Positions 52,030 to 64,000 of a DNA stretch of 64,000 bases are shown one piece after another. The position numbers and the translations under genes are program-made. The first letter of the stretch is position 1. Each line of letters starts with the position of its first letter. The stretch spans positions 7,378,001 through 7,442,000 of the forward strand of contig NW_025963835.1 of the NCBI RefSeq assembly GCF_023055435.1, given 5' to 3'. The notes under the pieces are model-generated. The model was not told the DNA's origin. It saw nothing but the letters and a program-made list of their open reading frames with translations, and searched no databases. Origin of the DNA: Haliotis rufescens (lineage: Eukaryota).

Positions 52030-53265
52030 AACAAGGGCTGGTAAACAAATCTAAGCCTAGCAAACAAAACCAACAGTTGTGAAAGTGTTCTTAATTTTAT
52101 TTTTCAACATAAGCTCCATTCTTTTCAATACACTTCTCATATCCAAAGTGAAGCTTTTCAAGACCAGTCAGGATGAATTTTTTTTTACGTCACCCTGAAA
52201 AACCCATTCACAGCAGGCTTTGAGGTCATCATTGTTGTCATATTGTTTTCCACAAAAGTGTTTTTTCAGTTTAGGAAACAGGTGCCTTTGAAAGTCGACA
52301 GGTGATAGAAGAGGCATTGTCATGAAACAGAAGAACTCCATCAGTCAGCATTCCTTGCCTCTTTTCTTTGATAGTATCTCACAGGCGATGAAGCAAATCA
52401 GCATAGCAGGCATCGGTAATGGTCTTTCGACTTTCTAAAGAATAAATAAGGATCACACCCTTTGCACCCCTGAATCTTCACTGATCTTGGAGACTTGAAT
52501 TTCTTTGGTGCAAGAGAAGTGGAATGTTGCCATTCCATTGATTGACGTTTTGACTTGCGATCATTATTTATATAAGTGGTAGACCCATGTTTCATCACCC
52601 GTTACTAATTACTTTTTTAATTTGACAAAATCCTCCTCAATTTGCTCTAAATTTTCTCTGGCAATGTCAGTACTTTTTTACTTAAGATAAGAATTTAGAA
52701 ACGTCTGCACCTAACATGCAGATTTCTGATTCGTCTGGAAATGTTCATGAATAATAGTTTCAATGGATTCATGGCTTGGACCTCTGTCTTCCTCAAGTTA
52801 AGCAATGGTAATACATCTATCTGAGTGAAAGTAAAAGTTTTTCTATCTCGTTGATTGAATCTTCATTGATGGAAGTGGAGGGACGTCCAGACCTAGGGTC
52901 ATCAACAAGGCTTGATCTCCCAGGCTTAAACACAGCTGCCCAACATTTAACAGTGGAATAGCTATGTGGGCACTTATCCCCATAAACTTGTGACATGCGA
53001 TCATGAATTTCTTGGGCAGTACTTTTCTCTAAAGTAAAAAATTTGATGACTGCTCGGTACTCGTTCTTTTCCATTTCTGTGTCCATTTGGACCCCTATCA
53101 CATTCAAATGGCTGTCACTCATATAAAAACGGCCTTAACCATGTTACAGACCAAATACACTTGTAATGAACCACTAAAACAAATGTACTACATTAACTAG
53201 TTCACTTTGTTATGGCCCAAAGTTGAAAGTTAGTCAGGCTTAGAACTTTTTGACCAGGCCTTGTA
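52030..53265 (-). mobile_element. Near full-length decayed mariner transposon (~1.24 kb)
   Basis: Imperfect ~28-bp TIRs; MEKNEYRAVIKFF..DDPRSGRP, LVTGDETWVYH, SKRQSMEW, LLFHDNA, HLFPKLK, KCIEKNGAYVEK; multiple stops and frameshifts. Confidence 0.9.
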
Positions 53266-54414
53266 TTGCCTGCACTACACATCCCTGACAACCTGCAGGC
53301 TCTACATCACAAGCTTAATACATTCATAATGGCAGCAATCATTGAACATGTCGACATTACTTCCGGTATTTGATTATGAGGAATGTATACCGGCCTGAGA
53401 CATAAGCCACTCAGAAGCCTAAATCTGTATTGTAAGTAAAGTATTATTCATTTCAGTAGAGTAAGCTTGAGGCTCGTGAATGTTTTGACCACAGAGTACT
53501 ATAGCCACAGAGTTACAACTGCATGGTATCATGTAGTCTTTGAGGTCTGCTGCGGCAACATTTCAATACAGGGATCATAAACTAAAAGACAGAAAGGCTG
53601 TCCACATCCAGTATACTGACCAGTAACGCATCTACCACAGATTCTGCACAAACTTCAAACTATAGTATTAACCTGAGTCAGTTCTAAAAATAGTAACAAA
53701 TTCCACACTCTGCCATTTCCATAGCAGTCTGCAGCTACAACAATACACCACAGTGCAACCTTGGTACACAAATATCTCCACTCCAAGCACTGTAGAGTAA
53801 TTGAATCCAACAGAACCCCAGCTACACAGAGGAAAGATCAACTAAATGACGTAAACGCAGAAAGATTAACAGATAATTGACCTACCGAAAGAATCAGTCA
53901 AACTACATTCACTTCTTCAGTGCTCTTCTAATTGGTCCTAGCCTCATGAATAATCACATTTGTTAAAAGTAATGAAAATCTGATGTTAATTGTATTGGTT
54001 GTGATAGTGCTTGCCTGTCAATATCGGAAATTATTCTCATTGATTGAGTTTGTAAAAATACCAGTTTTCGCGATTAGCCTGACGAACTGACAGTGGTTGT
54101 TAATTGGACTGACCATCGTAAAAGGAAATGATAACCCCAGCCAGTCCCAAACAACTGACCATTTACAACGCGTCTGTGGCTACTGAGAAATATTCACCAG
54201 ACTTGATATATATTGATTTTCAGCAGATAAACGAGAATATCGAGAACAATGATTGCCAAAAACAGACTTCTCCCCCACCCAGCCCCCATCAGTCCAACAT
54301 CTCTTCATTTTCTTGTACTGAAGACATCTGGACAGTGACAGGCATTATTTGAGAGTTGTCATATGGCCATTAGATTCTGCGATAAATCTAACAACTTGTT
54401 CTATCTGAAGCATA

Positions 54415-55342
54415 AGAGAAACAACATTCAGGAGGCTGCCTTGATGGAGAATCAACATCAGAGAAACAACATTCAGGAGGCTGCCTTGATGGAGAATCAA
54501 CATCAGAGAAACAACATTCAGGAGGCTGCCTTGATGGAGAATCAACATCAGAGAAACAACATTCAGGAGGCTGCCTTGATGGAGAATCAACATCAGAGAA
54601 ACAACATTCAAGAGGCTGCCTTGATGGAGAATCAACATCAGAGAAACAACATTCAGGAGGCTGCCTTGATGGAGAATCAACATCAGAGAAACAACAATCA
54701 GGAGGCTGCCTTGTTTGAGAATCAACATCAGAGAAACAACATTCAGGAGGCTGCCTTGATGGAGAATCAACATCAGAGAAACAACAATCAGGAGGCTGCC
54801 TTGTTTGAGAATCAACATCAGAGAAACAACATTCAGGAGGCTGCCTTGTTTGAGAATCAACATCAGAGAAACAACATTCAGGAGGCTGCCTTGATGGAGA
54901 ATCAACATCAGAGAAACAACATTCAAGAGGCTGCCTTGATGGAGAATCAACATCAGAGAAACAACATTCAAGAGGCTGCCTTGATGGAGAATCAACATCA
55001 GAGAAACAACATTCAAGAGGCTGCCTTGATGGAGAATCAACATCAGAGAAACAACATTCAGGAGGCTGCCTTGATGGAGAATCAACATCAGAGAAACAAC
55101 AATCAGGAGGCTGCCTTGATGGAGAATCAACATCAGAGAAACAACATTCAAGAGGCTGCCTTGATGGAGAATCAACATCAGAGAAACAACATTCAAGAGG
55201 CTGCCTTGATGGAGAATCAACATCAGAGAAACAACATTCAGGAGGCTGCCTTGATGGAGAATCAACATCAGAGAAACAACATTCAGGAGGCTGCCTTGAT
55301 GGAGAATCAACATCAGAGAAACAACATTCAGGAGGCTGCCTT
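54415..55342. repeat. 45-bp minisatellite, ~20 units
   Basis: Unit agagaaacaacattcaggaggctgccttgatggagaatcaacatc. Confidence 0.95.
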
Positions 55343-55405
55343 CAGACTAAATCCCTTGATTCAAAATTGGCTTCCATCACCAAATTTGTCCATCATTCAA
55401 CCTCA

Positions 55406-55939
55406 TGTCACACCCACTACTTATCACAATAAGGAAACATTGGACATGTTGGCTGTCACACCAACATCTCATCACGATAAGGAAACCTAGGCCATGTTGG
55501 CTGTCACACCAACCACTCATCACGATAAGGAAACCTTAGACATGTTGGCTGTCACACCAACCACTCATCACGATAAGGAAACCTTAGACATGTCGGCTGT
55601 CACACCAACCACTCATCACGATAAGGAAACCTAGGCCATGTTGGCTGTCACACCCACATCTCATCACGATAAGGAAACCTTAGACATGTTGGCTGTCACA
55701 CCAACCACTCATCACGAGAAGGAAACCTAGGCCATGTTGGCTGTCACACCCACATCTCATCACGATAAAGAAACCTTAGACATGTTGGCTGTCACACCAA
55801 CCACTCATCACGAGAAGGAAACCTAGGCCATGTTGGCTGTCCCACCAACCACTCATCACGATAAGGAAACCTAGGCCATGTTGGCTGTCACACCAACCAC
55901 TCATCACGATAAGGAAACCTTGGACATGTTGGCTGTCAC
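55406..55939. repeat. 48-bp minisatellite, ~11 units
   Basis: Unit gacatgttggctgtcacaccaaccactcatcacgataaggaaacctta. Confidence 0.95.
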
Positions 55940-56531
55940 TCTTACTTTCCCAGTCATTGCTGCCTCCTGAATAACCTCATCTAACATGCTTCATATGTCA
56001 TCCTGCAGCATAATATTTATACTACTAGGAACATCTCTGACAAGTGATTTATGACATGAATAATAATGGAATTCATTAACTATGTCAACAAAAAATGTTA
56101 CACAACTCAATACCAAAATTGCTATTTATTGATCTTCAATACCAGCACTATAAGTAGCAATACTGCTTCTACCATTGTGTTAACATATCTCCAATGTCGA
56201 ATACTAAAATCAAAATACTCCAATCTGCATTTACCAGCAAGCCAACTGCAGCCATTCCTCCTGAGTTCTGATGGAGGGGACAAGGATGAACTCCTGCACA
56301 GGCAGCCCTTCATGTTAATACAGCTGCACATGTAACTCAGCCCGTCTGAGTCCTGTAAACATTGGGCTGGGCAGACACTGGACATGCCATGAATTTATAA
56401 TCAGTAGGTGTTTACTGTGTGCCAACATTGTCTGGGTGTCAACCAGTCTGTCACTCCCTTATACTGCTTAATTCAAGACTGAGCAGATATAAAACGCATC
56501 CTAATGGTTTCTGATGCTGACTTTCCGTGAG

Positions 56532-56725
56532 CAGTATTAATACAAGCATTCACTTTCAGTGATCCATACCAATAGTATTCCCTTTCAGTAATCAGTATTA
56601 ATACAAGCATTCACTTTCAGTGATCCATACCAATAGTATTCCCTTTCAGTAATCAGTATTAATACAAGCATTCACTTTCAGTGATCCATACCAGTAGTAT
56701 TCCCTTTCTGTAATCAGTATCAATA
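56532..56725. repeat. 61-bp tandem repeat x3, followed by decayed ~30-bp related units to ~56900
   Basis: Period 61. Confidence 0.85.
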
Positions 56726-57654
56726 CAGTATTCAATTCATGTTATCAGTACTGATAGTATTCAATTCATGTTATCAGTACCGGTAGTATTCAATTCTTGT
56801 GATTAGTACCAGGTGTAGTACTCAATTCATGGTCAGTACTAGTAGTATTCAAATGATCAGTACTACATGTAGTAGAAGTATTCTCTACATGTGATCAGTA
56901 CTTGCTATTCACTTCATGAAAAGACTGATCAATGAGAGGGTCTACACTATCACAAACCCATCTCTGGGTGATAGATTTCCACACACGCTTAGTTAATGCC
57001 TTCGGTTTGTAGTGTTGACAGTTCCATCAAGCACTAACTGAATTTAGAAGGATTTATTTACCGACCGTTCAATATTACATAATTGAAACTTGCTTAATCG
57101 GGGTTATTTCTGAATTAGCCCAGAGCTATTCCCAACACCTGTAAGGAGATCGAGACTAGAATCAGTAATATTTTATGTCTATTCTTAGTGTGTCCAATAT
57201 TCAAAGGATAACCATGATAATGAGTGACTGTGCTAGACCATATGAAGTTATATCAATTTCCATAACTGGAGTTCAATATACAGTATGATTCTCCTTAAAA
57301 AATGTCATTCTATCTCCTCGCATAAGAGATGTTCAGAGAAAAGTATCATTTAGATAGGAATCCTAAATCGATCCCTTGTCTGCATAGCAGTGGGCAATTG
57401 GGAGAATTTCTTAATTTCTGTATACATGGTATATATGCAATGATAACTTGACAGCAGCCGGGCAAATGACAAGTGTATGCTAGTATAAAATAACTTAATA
57501 AGATTTCAAAATCAGAGTTTATCATCCAAACCTCAATCAACTGCAGTGAATTACGTCTGCAGTTTGTTGGCACTGCAAATGTCCACAATCCGGACAGTGC
57601 AACAAACAAACAAATTCTGGTGATAACACTGATAACAAGGACAGGTATTTTGAT

Positions 57655-57960
57655 ACCTCCTCAGTGGTCTAGTGGACAGAGCATCTGGAAGGTGGGTGGC
57701 CTCATCATACCCAAACATGCTAAAAGACGGTACTTGTTGTTACCCTGCCTCGCCTGTGACACTAAGGACATAAGACAAGATCTTGTCAGCTAGGAATCAG
57801 TATGCTGCGTCACACCTGGGTATCTATGTTAAACTGCAGCATGGAATCTCAGTAGGCTAGTAATAGAAAACTGGCACAAGTCCGTACTATACACACATGT
57901 ACATGCCTGTCGCTATATACGTTGAAGCGCAATAATCTTGTAACAGATGCGACCCAACAT
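57655..57960 (+). mobile_element. Old tRNA-derived SINE with a V-domain-like core
   Basis: Box A-like gtggtctagtgg, then catacccaaacatgctaaaagacggtacttgttgttaccctgcct; 3' boundary approximate. Confidence 0.45.
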
Positions 57961-58392
57961 TTCACTTGTAATAATGCTTTTATTTTTCATCATATCTTTT
58001 ACTTATAGTTACCAATCATCAAAAAACACACTAAAATTTCAGTCTGTGCCCAAAACATTTCTGTCTACTTGCCCGAATTTAAAGCTCACATCGTTTCTGT
58101 AGATTTCAGTGTTTTCATATGTACTGTTATTGGTTATGGGTGGGGAACGTCACATTTGAATAGCAGATAGTCCTGGGAACACTGAACACATAGTTCAAAG
58201 GATTCTGATGTTGGTACCACGAGTGCCACATTGATGGATTGGCCGTGGTGAACTGTAAATGTGAACCTTTCAATGACATAAGTAGAAATATGTCTTATGA
58301 AACGAGTGAATGAGAAACACTACAAATACATAAAATGCATAAAACAAAATAATCTTTTAAACAGATTAGTATTATCAATTCACAGCTAATTG

Positions 58393-58799
58393 GCAGTGAG
58401 TCTACTCACGATGCGGATGTGTTTACAGATAAAGCACTTAAGAACATCAAAACTACTGAATAGTTCTTGACTGTGTTTACAGTTGCAGTGAGTCTACTCA
58501 CGATGCGGATGTGTTTACAGATAAAGCACTTGAGAACATCAAAACTACTGAATAGTTCTTGACTGTGTTTACAGTTGCAGTGAGTCTACTCACGATGCGG
58601 ATGTGTTTACAGATAAAGCACTTGAGAACATCAAAACTACTCAATAGTTCTTGACTGTGTTTACAGTTGCAGTGAGTCTACTCATGATGCGGATGTGTTT
58701 ACAGATAAAGCACTTGAGAACATCAAAACTACTCAATAGTTCTTGACTGTGTTTACAGTTGCAGTGAGTCTACTCATGATGCGGATGTGTTTACAGATA
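58393..58799. repeat. 92-bp tandem repeat x4.4
   Basis: Period 92; near-identical units. Confidence 0.95.
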
Positions 58800-58983
58800 A
58801 TCCGCTTGTTTTAGAAGATGAAACATACTGAAAACCTTACTGCAAAAGTGTACGTGATGAAACAAAGTGTTGGAAATGTGTGTTTGTCGGCTATACTGCA
58901 TCACTACGCCATGCCTTTCAACCTGTAAAGACAAGATCGGAGAACTGGCCCACACTCATCCTGCTGAACCATTACGAGGTGTA

Positions 58984-59250
58984 GACCCATAAATATCTGG
59001 GGTAGAATAGGTCTTCAGCAACCCATGCTTGCTGTAAAAGGCGACCATGCTTGTCGTAAGAGGTGACTAATGGGATCGGGTGGTCAGGCTCGCTGGCATG
59101 GTTGATGCATGTCATACTATCCCAATTGCGTGGATTGATGCTCATGATATCAATCACTGGATTGTCTGGTCCATACTCAATTATTTACAGACCGCCATCA
59201 TATAGCTGGAATATTGCTGAGTGCGGTGTTAAACAACAAACAAACAAATA
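58984..59250 (+). mobile_element. SINE family 1 copy
   Basis: Starts GACCC like the other copies; ends gcggtgttaaacaacaaacaaac. Confidence 0.88.
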
Positions 59251-60959
59251 ACATTTGAGATGTAAGTAGCTGCATTCAAGACCAAGCTGATCTATCATGC
59301 GAGACAGAATTGACACCGCTCCCTACCATTTATGAACATGAGATGTCAACACTGAGACATCACCATGAAGTTGTTTCAGAGGCATTTCGGTATAGATCCT
59401 TATACCGCTGTCAAGCAGACAACCGCTTGAAACGGTTTAAGGATCTATACCAAAAAGGTCGCCTTAACAGTAATTAGAGAAGTTGTTATCCTCAAATTGT
59501 GTCTACTGTGACCCCATTATTAGCTGAGTTTACTCGACCAAACAGAATTATACTCACCTCGGGCTTTGGACTAGTGCCTTAAGTCTCAGAATGTTAACAG
59601 ATTCCCATAAAATGTTTGGAACAATTAAACTGAGTGGACATTTGTGGTGTGTCTGACTACAGTTTATAGGTAAGTGTGTAGGTCCATGTCGTCAGTCCCT
59701 TTAACACTTCAATAATGGATTACTTTAGTAATTGTTTCCGCATGAGGGAAAGACATGATTAGATATTAAAATGTCAATTATCAGTCTCACGCACATTTAT
59801 GTATCTAGGGGCAGCCTCATACTAATGGTGAAGTCCATTGATTTCTTCCCAATAATGTACATGATGTAGCAGCCCTATTCATCATGTTCATGACAAACCA
59901 ACCCTAAAAATAAGACCAATGTTAAATTTAGGAAAAGTATGATATGAGCTACATATTTTTTAAAATATTATACAGTACATAAAAAACAATAAGCATTGTG
60001 CATGAAAGTGCAGATGTCCTTGTTATTAGCCTTGACCATTAAAAGTTAAAACTAAAAGGGGTCTCTCAATTCAAATACCGAACCAACAAACATCAAGGAC
60101 ACCAGGACTCTACTTAATAAGGAATATTGCCTCTGTGAATTCAAGATTCAGTAAGACACAATGGGAATAATTAATTAAATAAAACATGTATATTAAATTA
60201 TATAAAGAAACTACATGTAATGCCAATACATTATTAAATTGTTCAAATAGCTAGAGGAATGAATCATCCGACTAGCCCCCTTGGGTGGTTCAATGTCACA
60301 CAAAACTATCCTTGACCTCAGCGAAAACTGACAAGATGTGAGTGACAATAATGTCTCGTTGCAATATGCAGTTGCCTGACTTCCTGCACGGTTTATCCCT
60401 GACATAGGCAAGAACACTTACATCACTGTACAGCCTCCACCATCAGGACACTCTACAGTAAGACCTATAGTTCAATAAGGAGCTCACTACCAAAGACAGA
60501 AAGTGAAGAAACTGTTGGCTAACGTTCCCAATAAATGTAGATATAACAATATTTATTTTCAATGTGTGATATTTACCATATGGAAACACACTCAGCTAAT
60601 AATCTCTACATCCAGGATTGAAAAAAAATTTGTTTTTTCATTATATTTACAAACATGAAACTGCTGAACTCATTTGTTTCTAAATAATACCTTGCAATAA
60701 TCTCACTAGAACATTCTTATGTAAGAATTGACTTTCACTCTGTGTCAGTTCATTGCAGTATCAACCTTCATAGAGTGAGGGCCAAACTGTTAGAACACCA
60801 GATGACATGAGCATATGTATTTTCATATTGTTCCACAGCAAAATGTTTGGTAGTTTGGTTGCATCAAATACAAGTAAAAAACATTGTCATTAGATGAGGA
60901 AAGTCTGAAAAGAACTACATATAACTCAGTCATGGAGACAGAGCGTCATAATACACTTA

Positions 60960-61305
60960 CCATATTCGACATCATAAGCGCCCGCTCTAATAAGCGCCCA
61001 CAGCAATATTTGCTAATATATTGGCAAGTGAACAATCCCAATTAGCACCCCTTCCGATTGAACAATGTACACAAGACTTAAATTTATTTGTGTATAATAT
61101 GCACTCATGTGTTATATGCGCCCTTAATTATGGGCAATTACATTCTGGAAAAATATATCTGTCGTATATAAACATTTCTGGCTATTATCAAAACCACAAA
61201 ATTAATAATCTTTCAACTGTTTTTTTCACCAAACTAATAATCTAATAACAACACCCCCATTTCTAATTTTGAGAGCGCCCTGATAGCTTATTATGTAGAA
61301 TACGG
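60960..61305. mobile_element. Tc1/mariner (pogo-like) MITE
   Basis: TIR CCRTATTCKACATMATAAGC at both ends, each flanked by TA. Confidence 0.7.
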
Positions 61306-61925
61306 TACTTCAAATACTGGACATCACAATGAGGATAGTGACGGGGGACATTTCTAGTGTTGTCAATGAACATGTGGTGATTATGTGTCAGTCATCCCTG
61401 ATCCTTTTGCTGGTCATTCAGAAGTGATCATAAAGATGTGCCAATAGATACTGAACAGGCTGAAGTAAGTTCTACATTGATGTAGAATGTTGATGACTGT
61501 TACCGTCCATAGTTTGGACGTGCATTTATTCCTTTTGTCCACTAGGATGGGTCGTAGCAAGGATATTCGCTCACAAGCCAGCAGTTAAACACTCTGACTC
61601 TTTCCACTATATGTGAAAATGCTGAGCTCAAGATTACAATGTCAAAATGATCAGAAACAATGCTTTTGTATTTATTCATGCTTGGGAATTCCCAGGGGCT
61701 TACCCAGGAATACAGAATGAACATCAGTTTTGTGATCATGTGACCAGCCTCTAATCCAAACAGCTATGTATAGTGTAAATTTGTCATTAAAAGATTATTG
61801 AATACACAACTGTAACGTTTCACAAATATTGTGACTAAGTGTAACCCACATTGCCAACTCTTTCTTTCCTCGTGGTTGGGAAAAAAATTTGAAATTGTAA
61901 TGACAACACTGCACCAGTCTCCTAT

Positions 61926-62654
61926 GATGCTAGCTGCTACAAGACTGGACTACCACTGATGCTAGCTGCTACAAGACTGGACTACCACTGATGCTAGCTG
62001 CTACAAGACTGGACTACCACTGATGCTAGCTGCTACAAGACTGGACTACCACTGATGCTAGCTGCTACAAGACTGGACTACCACTGATGCTAGCTGCTAC
62101 AAGACTGGACTACCACTGATGCTAGCTGCTACAAGACTGGACTACCACTGATGCTAGCTGCTACAAGACTGGACTACCACTGATGCTAGCTGCTACAAGA
62201 CTGGACTACCACTGATGCTAGCTGCTACAAGACTGGACTACCACTGATGCTAGCTGCTACAAGACTGGACTACCACTGATGCTAGCTGCTACAAGACTGG
62301 ACTACCACTGATGCTAGCTGCTACAAGACTGGACTACCACTGATGCTAGCTGCTACAAGACTGGACTACCACTGATGCTAGCTGCTACAAGACTGGACTA
62401 CCACTGATGCTAGTGACTACAAGACTGGACTACCACTGATGCTAGCTGCTACAAGACTGGACTACCACTGATGCTAGCTGCTACAAGACTGGACTACCAC
62501 TGATGCTAGTGACTACAAGACTGGACTACCACTGATGCTAGCTGCTACAAGACTGGACTACCACTGATGCTAGCTGCTACAAGACTGGACTACCACTGAT
62601 GCTAGCCGCTACAAGACTGGACTACCGCTGATGCTAGCTGCTACAAGACTGGAC
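61926..62654. repeat. 32-bp minisatellite, ~23 highly homogeneous units
   Basis: Unit tgatgctagctgctacaagactggactaccac. Confidence 0.97.
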
Positions 62655-63585
62655 TTAGCAATACTGTATATGGGTGATGGATTCCAGAGTCAAACAATGA
62701 CCAGTCATTGGTCACTTGCCACAGTGATGAGAGCTTGACATATTGATTGATTCCCTACACTGTCTTATGGTGTTCTCAATCCTGTATTTAGTCCTGTTAC
62801 ACACACTGGTGACACTTCCTATATTCCAGCTTGGAATCACTACACATTACACACAGTGACAAATTACAATTCACAACGGTGAACCAAGGATCCAAATCAA
62901 CAAAACTCTGCTAGTAAGACTTGTAAAATTTAGAAAGGTCCAGTGACATTTCCTTGTGGACTACCACTTTTACAAAAGTTTTTCCTACAGGCCCTGAACC
63001 AGAAATATCTGAAAACTTCCAAGCAAGTCTACAAAACTTCGCCAAGTCTAGATCTTTTCAGTGTCAGGAAAACGATGAGATTCTCTTGGTTCCTTTCTAT
63101 TATATATTAGGGCTCGTCATTTTTTTCACAGGGTTGCTGGGTCAGAAGTGTTTGATGCACAAATGTACTAAACATATTGACCCTCCCCTAAAGCAATATA
63201 ATTGGATGACCCTCCCCATGTCCTTGTACATTTTTTCATGACCTTCCCTGAAAAAGACAAAATGCTAAGGCACTATATACAATGATATAGTTTATTATAA
63301 AATGTCCATGACCCTCCAGAAATATGTGTATTGTGGGGGAACCATTACCATTACCAGGATTACAGTATCAGAAATTAAGGGGGTTCCTGTCTGGGGTCCT
63401 TGTGGTTTGCTCCTGGAATAGTATTGGAATCCAGGAAGCACTTTAATCTTTAACTTTAATACTAAGTGTAGGTAACCTGGACATTCGTGCTTAATTTAAA
63501 ACACTGCATTAGTCAAAATAATAAGGAATTCACAACACTGTGAACTGAATCATCATAGACCACAATTGACATTAATGATGATCTC

Positions 63586-63743
63586 CATGGGCGGATACAG
63601 AGGGGGGTGCGGGGGTGCGCAACCCCCCCCCCCCCCTCTTTATTTCGAAAAATATCTTTATTTCTGTATAAATTACCACCAAAGACAATAAATAGATCTT
63701 AGTTGTGCACTCCCCCTTTTCAAAAAAGCTGTATCCGCCTCTG
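63586..63743. mobile_element. 158-bp MITE with 5-bp TSD
   Basis: TIR catgggcggatacag / ctgtatccgcctctg; ATCTC at 63581-63585 and 63744-63748. Confidence 0.75.
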
Positions 63744-64000
63744 ATCTCACTGACAAGGAATCCTTGATTGACCATGTAACATGTTAAATAATTTCATACA
63801 ATGAGAACTTCTTACAAATCATTTACAGAACCTCACCTAATACCATGTAACCAATTACTCAAAACTGAAATCAAGCAAGGCTTAGGACTTGTTACAATCT
63901 TATCATCTCTACCTCACAACCAGCTGATTGCTCCAGCTGATTGCTAGAATGGTAAAGTCATTCATGCGGAACAAATGCTCCTGATAAGCTATAACTGTTA

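Noticed and set aside
54345-55490. 375-aa RNNIQEAALMENQHQ repeat ORF
   Set aside because: It is open on both strands, has no convincing unique flanking domain, and sits among many non-coding arrays; it cannot be supported without transcript data.
26084-62654. CRISPR-like arrays
   Set aside because: All arrays are head-to-tail repeats without unique spacers; the context is eukaryotic and there are no cas genes.

Overview
Eukaryotic genomic DNA, most likely a mollusc (the SINE families resemble those of gastropods such as abalone; this is inference). One real host gene is visible on the minus strand: a YIL108W/SPAC607.06c-like (Metallopep family) putative zinc metalloprotease. Coding exon 20502-19794 splices in phase to coding exon 3979-3847 across a 15.8 kb intron; the HExxH exon was not found in the window. 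The intron holds a structurally complete but coding-decayed DIRS1-like tyrosine-recombinase retrotransposon (ITRs plus ICR), a Kolobok-like remnant, SINEs and MITEs. The rest is non-coding: mariner, Tc1 and Penelope relics, hAT and other MITEs, several SINE families, and about 15 unrelated minisatellite arrays (~14 kb, ~22% of the window) that produce nearly all long ORFs in the track. Top observations: (1) the exon 5' splice donor has itself been amplified ~50 times as a 21-bp minisatellite, including perfect-consensus decoy donors that would all add a premature stop; (2) the DIRS target site mimics its own circle junction; (3) a SINE family without a tRNA head starts at a fixed, highly structured 5' domain, a possible ribozyme; (4) a minisatellite keeps a template-switching footprint of its origin.
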